From Planctomycetaceae bacterium (lineage in GTDB: Bacteria > Planctomycetota > UBA8742 > UBA2392 > JABWBM01), in assembly GCA_013360495.1 (NCBI GenBank), contig JABWBM010000001.1:1-48892 (forward strand): a DNA stretch of 48,892 nucleotides, written 5' to 3'. The notes beneath the pieces are model-generated. The model was not told the DNA's origin. It saw only the letters and a list, made by a program, of their open reading frames with translations, and did no database searches. How positions within the stretch are numbered: position 1 is the first letter of the stretch; the number at the start of each line of letters is the position of its first letter. The translations under genes were made by a program, and so were the position numbers. Positions 41,899-48,892 of this stretch are shown here, piece after piece.

Positions 41899-41965
41899 CC
41901 CTGCTATGCTACACTGCTGCGCGAGGGCAGCACGCGAAAACCTTGTGTGCAACGTCCTCTCGGAA

Positions 41966-42034
41966 CGTCATACCGGCGCAAGCCGGTATCCAGCAGCCGC
42001 ATAAGACTGGATGCCGACTTTCGTCGGCATGACG
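41966..42034. repeat. Family-1 nested-palindrome repeat (stem variant)
   Basis: CGTCATACCGGC-GCAA-GCCGGTATCCAG is followed by a spacer ending ATAAGA and then CTGGATGCCGAC-TTTC-GTCGGCATGACG. Confidence 0.9.
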
Positions 42035-42063
42035 TAGCGCGACTTTGCACACGAAAACATACC

Positions 42064-44295
42064 ATGACTACAACAGCCCCCACATCTCCCGCCAAACGCC
42101 TGATCCTGAAAGTGGACGGCATGACCTGCGGCCACTGTGAAGCCACAGTTACAGGCGGTATCAAACAAATCCCCGGCGTGCTTTCCGCCGACGCCAGCGC
42201 TGCTGCAGGTCAGGTGACGATCGCCTACGAAGGTTCGCCCCGCGTCGACGAATACCGCAAGGCCGTGACGGCGCTCGGCTACAAGCCTGTGGGCGAGCTT
42301 GACTCGTCGAGCATTTCGCGCCGGGAAGAGCGCCGCGCTGCCTTGGAACTCAAACTGCTCGCCTGGAGCGTGCTCTGGACGATCCCCGTGCTGGTTTTGC
42401 ATTACGGCGGGTTTATGCACGAAACGTGGGCGCTCTGGACCGCGTTCGCCTGCGCCACGATCCTGCAACCCACCAGCGCCATCACCTATTACCGCGCGGC
42501 GATCGCGTCTTTACGGCGCAGAATGTCCAACATGGACGTGCTGGTGAGCATCGGCATCGCAGCAGGATATCTCTACGCCACGTTGACGGCATTCTTTCCG
42601 GCCACCTTCGATCCCCATTCGTCCATGGAGTTCTTCGAGGCGGCAACACTCTTGATCTGCTTCATCCGCTTCGGCAAGTGGATCGAGGCGCGCTCGCGCA
42701 GCAACGCTGCCAGCGCCATGGACGCTTTGCTCTCTTTAACGCCCACGCGCGCGAGGAAGCTCAATGCGGACGGTTCGGTGCAGGAGGTCAGCATCGACGA
42801 GGTCAAGCCCGGCGACAAACTCGTCGTACTCCCGGGCGACAGCTTCCCCGTGGACGGCTTCGTCAAAGCGGGCGAATCGAGCGCCAACGAAGCACTGATC
42901 TCCGGCGAGTCCATGCCCGTGCCGAAAAGCTACGGCGACCGCGTGATCGCGGGCAGCACCAATGGGGCAGGCAAGCTCACCATCACCGTCGCTGGCGTCG
43001 GCGCCAACACTGCTATAGCGAAGATCGTGCAGCTGGTGGAGGCAGCGCAGGCCAGCCGCGCTCCCGCCCAGCGTATGGCCGACCGCATCAGCAATGTCTT
43101 CGTTCCCCTTGTCGTGCTCATCGCCGTCGGCAGCGGCGTCTATTGGGGCGGATTCACCGACGTTGCCTTCTCGCGCGTGCTGACCCATGTGATCGGCGTG
43201 CTGGTGATCGCCTGCCCCTGCGCGCTTGGTATTGCCGTCCCGGCAGCGATCATGATCGGAAGTGGTTCGAGCTTGCGCAAAGGCATCCTCGTCAAGGACG
43301 GCGGCGCGTTGGAGAAGCTTTCCAAACTCGATCGCATTGTTTTCGATAAAACCGGCACGCTCACTTCCGGCGCGCCGAAGCTCTCGGCGGCTTTCGTTGC
43401 CGATGATGTGGATGAACGTGAGGCGTTGGCGACGCTGTTGCGTTTGGCCTCTGACTCGACGCATCCCTTGAGCCGCGCGGCCATCGAGCACGTCAATGGC
43501 CGAGGTATCGCTCCCGCGAACATTGAGGGCCGCACAGAAGAAACCAGCGGCATGGGAACGATCCTGCGTTCCGATGCACGTGTTTATATTTTTGGCTCCG
43601 CGGCGCTCCTCGAACGCGAGGGCGTCAAGATCGACGCCCTTGCCGCGAAAACCGATGCCGAACGATCCAAAGGCGCATCCATCAGCTATCTCGCCCACGA
43701 TGGCCGCGTGCTCGGCGCCTTCGCATTCCGTGATCCCATGCGCCCCAAAGCGAAGGAACTCGTCGCGCGCATTCACGCCGCCGGCATTCGCACGGCCATG
43801 ATCTCCGGCGATCACGAAGCTGCTGCGCGCGCAATCGCCGCTGAGGCCGGCGTGAATGACGTGATCGCCCAGGCCAAACCCGAGGATAAGATAGCCGCCA
43901 TCAAGCGTTGGCAGGCCGAAGGCGAGTCGGTGGGCATGGTGGGCGACGGCGTCAATGACGCGCCGGCGCTGGCTCAAGCGGATGTGAGCATTGCCATCGG
44001 GGGCGGCTCTGACGTGGCGAGCGAGACGGGCAGCATTGTGCTGATGTCCGGCGGCGTAGGACGGCTTGGGACCGCCATCGACATTTCGCGTCGCGTGCGC
44101 TCGGGCATCAAGGTCAACCTCTTCGCATCGCTAATCTATAACGCCGTAGGCATCCCACTCGCCGCCGGGCTTGGAACGCTGATTTCGCCGGGCCTGGTTA
44201 TTCCGGCAGGTTTCGCCGCACTCGCTATGGTTTTAAGCGACGCGAGCGTGGCACTCGGCAGTCTGCACCTCGCGTCGCGCCTGCGAAAACTCTGA
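42064..44295 (+). CDS. copA: Copper/heavy-metal translocating P1B-type ATPase
   Basis: It has the HMA domain GMTCGHCEATV, the transmembrane CPCALG, DKTGTLT and GDGVNDAP. I chose ATG 42064 because the track start 41893 reads through two repeats. Confidence 0.92.
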   Translation: MTTTAPTSPAKRLILKVDGMTCGHCEATVTGGIKQIPGVLSADASAAAGQVTIAYEGSPRVDEYRKAVTALGYKPVGELDSSSISRREERRAALELKLLAWSVLWTIPVLVLHYGGFMHETWALWTAFACATILQPTSAITYYRAAIASLRRRMSNMDVLVSIGIAAGYLYATLTAFFPATFDPHSSMEFFEAATLLICFIRFGKWIEARSRSNAASAMDALLSLTPTRARKLNADGSVQEVSIDEVKPGDKLVVLPGDSFPVDGFVKAGESSANEALISGESMPVPKSYGDRVIAGSTNGAGKLTITVAGVGANTAIAKIVQLVEAAQASRAPAQRMADRISNVFVPLVVLIAVGSGVYWGGFTDVAFSRVLTHVIGVLVIACPCALGIAVPAAIMIGSGSSLRKGILVKDGGALEKLSKLDRIVFDKTGTLTSGAPKLSAAFVADDVDEREALATLLRLASDSTHPLSRAAIEHVNGRGIAPANIEGRTEETSGMGTILRSDARVYIFGSAALLEREGVKIDALAAKTDAERSKGASISYLAHDGRVLGAFAFRDPMRPKAKELVARIHAAGIRTAMISGDHEAAARAIAAEAGVNDVIAQAKPEDKIAAIKRWQAEGESVGMVGDGVNDAPALAQADVSIAIGGGSDVASETGSIVLMSGGVGRLGTAIDISRRVRSGIKVNLFASLIYNAVGIPLAAGLGTLISPGLVIPAGFAALAMVLSDASVALGSLHLASRLRKL

Positions 44296-44478
44296 CGCAG
44301 GCTCATCCGTTATTTCGATTCTCCGACCCGCTCAAAACCACCACGTCCAGAAAGCCGGGTCAAGCACGACCTGCAGAAGCGCCTCGAGCCAGCCGTGTTC
44401 GCCATTGCGTCTCATGACGCCATGGTATCGGACGTAGCTCGACGCGAGCCATTCCAATCCGCGACGCGTTTTGGAACG

Positions 44479-45618
44479 CTATCGCGCTGTAGCTTGTGGC
44501 GTCTTCGCTAGCAGGTGCGAAAGAACTTGTTGAATGGCGGCGCAGGCGAAGTCGATCTCCTTGTCCGTCGTAAAACGGCCAACGGAGATGCGCACGCCTT
44601 CCTTCGACTCTTGATCGCTATAGCCCATGCCAAGCATCACTTTGGACGGTTTGACCGCTCCGGACTCACAGGCAGCGGCCGCGCTGCACTCGACACCTTC
44701 CATGTCGAAGGCGATCACCTGTCGCTCCGATGTCAGGCCGGGAATGCGGTAATGCAGGGTGTTGGCGAGGCGGCGCTCGGCATCGGGGATAGTGAGGATG
44801 GCGTTGGGCGCGACGTCGCGAATGGCGGCGAAAAGTTTTTCACCCTGGCCGTGCGAACGATCAAGATTCGGCTCTGCCAACGCCAGTTCCAGCGCTTTCG
44901 CCAGCCCGCACGCGAGCACTACCGGCTCGGTGCCTGCACGCATGCCGTACTGTTGGCCGCCACCCGTAATCTCGCGCTTGAGTGCGAGGTCTTTGCGAAT
45001 CACAAGCGCGGCAATTCCCGCCGGGCCATACATTTTGTGACCGGACACCACAAGCATGTCAGGGCGCGCCTCGCGCACGTCAAACTCGCACTTTCCCGGA
45101 GCCTGACAACAGTCAAGCAGGAGCGGCACTCCCGCGCCGCGGCACGTGGCAGCGATCTCGTTGACGGGCAGCAGGCCGCCCGTTTCGTTATTGGCATACA
45201 TGAAGGCTGCGAGGTTAGCTTGTTCGAGTTGCCGCCCGAGGCCATCGACGTCGAGCGTTCCATCGCGACTCGCTAATACGGGCAGGGTTTTCGCGACGTC
45301 TTCGACAGTTTGCGCCACGGCAGGGTGCTCGATGGATGAGAGAGCGACTTTCGGTTGGTCAACGCCCGCGAGTGAGCCGCGGACGGCAAGGTTGATGGCT
45401 TCCGTGGACGATCCGCAAAAGACGACGCGATGGTTTTTTTCGAGTTCCAGCGTCTTGAGCACGCGCGCCTGCGCTTCTTCGAAGAGCGAACGGGCGCGGC
45501 GGCCATGGGCATGCTGCGAGCCCGGGTTGAGCGCGCCTTCGGCAAAGAGAGCGTTCATCTCCTCGCGCACACGGGGATCGATCGGCGTTGTCGCGTTGTA
45601 ATCGAGATAGACGCGCAT
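44479..45618 (-). CDS. Cysteine desulfurase (class V aminotransferase, NifS/IscS-like)
   Basis: It carries MRVYLDYNATTPIDPRV and the PLP-lysine motif VVSGHKMYGPAGIAAL. A Cys-containing loop ECSAAAACESG is present. The 379 aa length fits. Confidence 0.85.
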   Translation of the reverse strand: MRVYLDYNATTPIDPRVREEMNALFAEGALNPGSQHAHGRRARSLFEEAQARVLKTLELEKNHRVVFCGSSTEAINLAVRGSLAGVDQPKVALSSIEHPAVAQTVEDVAKTLPVLASRDGTLDVDGLGRQLEQANLAAFMYANNETGGLLPVNEIAATCRGAGVPLLLDCCQAPGKCEFDVREARPDMLVVSGHKMYGPAGIAALVIRKDLALKREITGGGQQYGMRAGTEPVVLACGLAKALELALAEPNLDRSHGQGEKLFAAIRDVAPNAILTIPDAERRLANTLHYRIPGLTSERQVIAFDMEGVECSAAAACESGAVKPSKVMLGMGYSDQESKEGVRISVGRFTTDKEIDFACAAIQQVLSHLLAKTPQATAR

Positions 45619-45765
45619 GGCATGATTTTACCACAGCGCGGGCGGGAAAGAACTACCGCCGCATGGAGTTCACATTACGTGGCGAAAGAACGTTAGGGTT
45701 GGAAGCGTTCGAGAGCCGTGTTAAGATGACGTCTCATCCCCGGTCTACCCCGTTCATGGGTTGCC

Positions 45766-48700
45766 ATGCCGAAACCGCACAATGCTTTGCGTTCTGTCGC
45801 CATATTCGTGGCGCTCTTGCTGCTGGTTTTGATCTGGTTTATAGCATTCGATGCGCCAGTCGAATCCGTCGCTCCCGATGGGGCTCTTCAGGACCAGCCA
45901 AGCTCAGACGCGAAAAACCAGGAAGCCGGTGCGCCGCCCGCCGCCACGACTGAGAATCCACAGAGCAAGAGAAACGCAAACGAAGAAAAGCCGCCGCAGT
46001 CCGGCGACGAACCTTCACCCATCGTCAACCAAGCTGACGAGAATGGCCGCACTCTCACCATCACGGGACGAGTTGTCGGCCTTGACAAGAACCCTATCGA
46101 GGGATGCACCACCGTTTTCTTTCGCAAACGTGAAGCGATTCCTGAATCGCTTGTGCAGAGCGGCGCGCCGATTGGAAACGACGCTTCTTGTGACGCGCGC
46201 GCATCCACAACAGAGGAAGGCGTATTTGCCTTCACCTTCCACCTGTCCGGCGACGACGTGCGGCAGCTCGATGACGCAAACTGGTACGATGGTGACTACT
46301 ACGCATTTGTCTACGTATGGAAAGAGGGGTATGTCACGCGCGAAAGCGACTGTAACGCCGATGCGGTCAAGAACGCCGTGCTCGCCGCCGAACAGGCGCC
46401 GGTCATTCGCTTGCAAGACATCGTTTTGAGCCGTGCCGGGGAGATCTTTGGGAAGGTGGTCGAAGCCGGCACCGGAAATCCGGTCGCTGGTGTTTCCGTG
46501 TCATTGGGGGGCATGACGGTCATACCGGAAAGTGATGCCTATGGAACGTACCCATGGTTTTCGATGTCGGATCGCGAAGGAACATTTCGTTTTACCGGCC
46601 TGCCGACGGGTTTTTATATGGTCCAGCCTCCTTCGGGATCGACGGGGTATGTGAAACAGGAGTTTCGGCTCGATGAAGGCGCGCGCTTCGGCCCGGTGAC
46701 ATTTCAGGTCGAATGCCCGAATATCGTACGCTTTCGACTTCAAACAGAACAACGAATGCCGATTACGCCGCCGGTGGAATTCGTCTTCCTGTCGGAAACG
46801 TCCAGATGGCTGGATGCCGAGCCTTATAAAAGGCCGGCAACCCTTCGGAACCTGCGTGAAAACACCGTCAGCATCAACGGTGCGCGCTATTGCGGCGATT
46901 TACTTTTCGGTAATGCGCCCGCCGATTCTGAGGGCGTCTATTCCGCGTCGCCGCGCTTCGCCGGTATGAGCATGGCCATTTTCGCCGAGGGGTTCTTACC
47001 CATATTCGTGGCATTGAGGGATGAAGGCATTCCAGTCATGGATATGGGCGTCTTCGAAGTTCGGAAGGGACGCGCACTTTCCGGAACAGTTACCGATACC
47101 GATGGCAACCCGGTCGCAAAGGCGGAAGTTTGCACACAAGCCATCTCGGTTTGGACCGACGCGCAGGGACGTTTTGAATTCCCGGATCTTGCGCCGGGCG
47201 TGTTCGACCTCGAGGCTGGTTTATCCGGCTATGAAGATTTCATACAGCCTGTGAACGTCGGCGACGAGACCGAACTTGCTATCATCCTTCAACCAGCCCA
47301 ATCGGGAACAGTCGTTGTCACCGTTTGCTATGACAATCAGGTTCCGGTCGAACACGAGGATATCGAGATCGAGCTTGACCACGTCGATTCAGGGATGCCC
47401 TCATCCCCCTCGGATGGTGGCCCGGGATCGATGACCTTTGATGAATTACCTCCCGGAAACTACCTCGCGCGAGTAACCCGTCCTTTTACCGGCGATGTGC
47501 TTGAACAGGCTATCGACGTTGCGCCCGGCGATGTCAAGCGCGTGGCATTTCTTCTTCCCGCGGGAGGGCGGATATTCGGTGAAATTGCCGATCCAAGCGG
47601 CGCGCCACTACCAGGCATGGCAATCCGTTGCTATTCAAGCAGAAACGTTGCGTGTGGAGCATCCGCCGGCACAAGCGGCGCCTATGAAATTCGTGGCTTG
47701 CCTCCTGGGACGTATTATCTCCTTGGTGAATGCTGGGCGCCGCACATGACGGTCAACGCATGCTTCGCGCATGAATTCACTCTTGCTTCGCCGGGAAGCG
47801 AACTTCGACACGACATCGACATAGCGGAGCTTCCGGCTATCGACTTCGATCTCGCGATCGCTGGGGAACATGACGCGATCCGTCTCGCATACCTCAGGAG
47901 CATCGCCGCCGAATCGCTCGCCCGCTTTCCCTATGTGTTTGAGTTTTGTTTGGAAATGGCGGGCAGTAACGGCAGGGCGACGATCTACGGGCTTCCTGCG
48001 GGGGCCTATGCCGCAAACTTTTACGGCAACGCGCGTTATCCGAACGCTACGTTTGAAGAAACCATTACGTTGCCGACAGGGTACCGGCACTTCCTGATCG
48101 AACGGAACTTCGTTGTCGGCTCGCTTGCCGGAAAGGTGGGCCTGCCGCCAACACTCAACTCGACAGATCGATCGTCATGGTACGTAATCGCCACCGATGT
48201 AGCCGCCAAGTTTCCAGAAGAACATCGCTGCGCCATCAACGACGATGGAACGTATCGATTCGACACGCTTGCTGCCGGAACGTATGGCGTGCAAGCGCGT
48301 ATTCAGGATTTCGTCTCCCGTGAACATGTCGTCAATATTGGCGGTGCGACCACGCTCGATCTTTCGGTGGCGTCCGGCGGCTATGTTGCCTTGCGCTTTC
48401 AATTGCCCGAGGGAGTGACGCTGGCCAGCAATGATGACATAGCGTCAGTGCTTGATTCCTTGTCAATGGCATCCGGAAGCGGATTGGGCCACTCCCTGTC
48501 TTTCTATGACATTCAATGTCGCCGCGAGGGCGATCGTTGGATTCCGCTCTATCCCTTCGCTCCGGGAGCCTATTCGTTTGAGCTCGACCCGGACCGCGAA
48601 TATGACACGACTTCGACGAGCGGCAGCGTCGAAATCGTAGCTGGTACCGTATCAACTATCGATATCGCCGTCACAAAGGCCAGAAGGCTCAAACTCAAGT

Positions 48701-48892
48701 GGACAAGCGCAAATCCGTGCGGCATTACGAACCTCGACTTCCTCGATGCTGCGGGACAAGACGTGCAAGGTGCCGGACAAATGACTCATTGGACCGATGG
48801 CACCATCGAAAGTCGCGTTCCCGATAAAGCCGTGGTCTTTCAGGCGACGTTCAGCAATGGCAAGACGGTCACGATGCCGCTGAAGTTTGACG
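45766..48892 (+). CDS. Large membrane-anchored protein with many carboxypeptidase-regulatory-like (CarboxypepD_reg) beta-sandwich repeats (3' end beyond window)
   Basis: The frame is open from ATG 45766 to the window edge, so it is not in the track. The N-terminal TM reads SVAIFVALLLLVLIWFIAF. Repeats follow the pattern G.V.D..GNPVA.A.V......TD..G.F.F..L.PG.Y (for example LSGTVTDTDGNPVAKAEVCTQAISVWTDAQGRFEFPDLAPGVF and IFGKVVEAGTGNPVAGVSVSL...SDREGTFRFTGLPTGFY). Confidence 0.7.
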   Translation, partial: MPKPHNALRSVAIFVALLLLVLIWFIAFDAPVESVAPDGALQDQPSSDAKNQEAGAPPAATTENPQSKRNANEEKPPQSGDEPSPIVNQADENGRTLTITGRVVGLDKNPIEGCTTVFFRKREAIPESLVQSGAPIGNDASCDARASTTEEGVFAFTFHLSGDDVRQLDDANWYDGDYYAFVYVWKEGYVTRESDCNADAVKNAVLAAEQAPVIRLQDIVLSRAGEIFGKVVEAGTGNPVAGVSVSLGGMTVIPESDAYGTYPWFSMSDREGTFRFTGLPTGFYMVQPPSGSTGYVKQEFRLDEGARFGPVTFQVECPNIVRFRLQTEQRMPITPPVEFVFLSETSRWLDAEPYKRPATLRNLRENTVSINGARYCGDLLFGNAPADSEGVYSASPRFAGMSMAIFAEGFLPIFVALRDEGIPVMDMGVFEVRKGRALSGTVTDTDGNPVAKAEVCTQAISVWTDAQGRFEFPDLAPGVFDLEAGLSGYEDFIQPVNVGDETELAIILQPAQSGTVVVTVCYDNQVPVEHEDIEIELDHVDSGMPSSPSDGGPGSMTFDELPPGNYLARVTRPFTGDVLEQAIDVAPGDVKRVAFLLPAGGRIFGEIADPSGAPLPGMAIRCYSSRNVACGASAGTSGAYEIRGLPPGTYYLLGECWAPHMTVNACFAHEFTLASPGSELRHDIDIAELPAIDFDLAIAGEHDAIRLAYLRSIAAESLARFPYVFEFCLEMAGSNGRATIYGLPAGAYAANFYGNARYPNATFEETITLPTGYRHFLIERNFVVGSLAGKVGLPPTLNSTDRSSWYVIATDVAAKFPEEHRCAINDDGTYRFDTLAAGTYGVQARIQDFVSREHVVNIGGATTLDLSVASGGYVALRFQLPEGVTLASNDDIASVLDSLSMASGSGLGHSLSFYDIQCRREGDRWIPLYPFAPGAYSFELDPDREYDTTSTSGSVEIVAGTVSTIDIAVTKARRLKLKWTSANPCGITNLDFLDAAGQDVQGAGQMTHWTDGTIESRVPDKAVVFQATFSNGKTVTMPLKFD

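Noticed and set aside
964-42034. The possibility that the recurring palindromes form a CRISPR array.
   Set aside because: The copies are scattered singly or in pairs over 41 kb in separate intergenic regions. They occur as inverted pairs rather than as direct repeats with regular unique spacers, and no cas genes are present.
44332-44415. A 27-codon minus-strand ORF (MRRNGEHGWLEALLQVVLDPAFWTWWF) in the copA/cysteine-desulfurase convergent gap, considered as a CcoS-like or small membrane peptide.
   Set aside because: It has no SD and an overlapping out-of-frame ATGGCGTCATGA upstream. It has no resemblance I can defend, and a chance ORF of this length is likely in GC-rich sequence.

Overview
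This is a visibly GC-rich bacterial chromosomal segment whose lineage cannot be named from the sequence alone. I can support 38 protein-coding genes. I found no rRNA, tRNA, CRISPR array or transposase. Most genes are housekeeping or envelope-biogenesis functions: CPA2 antiporter, RCK K+ channel, htpX, dacB, lemA, phoH plus a 7TM-HD hydrolase, smpB, hemC, lspA, pyrD, gdhA, msrA, tatC, kdsC, rhomboid, aroC, copA and a cysteine desulfurase. Accessory surface-protein loci are interspersed among them. The stand-out region is 13.9-22.1 kb. There an XRE-HTH plus TPR-like regulator is divergent from a co-directional block built from a tandemly duplicated two-gene cassette (He_PIG Ig-repeat surface protein plus secreted vWA protein). 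In the second copy the two genes are fused in one frame. The block ends in an unannotated 43-codon ORF (21907-22038) with a perfect Shine-Dalgarno (SD) sequence, a textbook double-glycine leader and a strong intrinsic terminator. Three surface proteins in the window share an AGCS-hydrophobic-basic C-terminal tail that resembles MYXO-CTERM-type sorting tags. Ten copies of two families of nested-palindrome intergenic repeats sit between genes, show compensatory stem changes, and inflate several ORF-track starts. One family is paired GTCATTCCCGCGAAAGCGGGAATCCAG hairpins and the other is GTAGCG...CGCTAC elements. Other points are a PAL/TAL-like MIO (methylidene-imidazolone cofactor) ammonia-lyase next to an acyl-CoA synthetase, an orphan divergent flagellin-like gene, and TatC with a ~170-aa tail. 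There is also an AT-rich ORF-free gap with a possible cis-antisense RNA, and TGCTATACT -10-like boxes abutting start codons (leaderless candidates). All functional calls come from motif recognition by eye, and no database search or computation was run.
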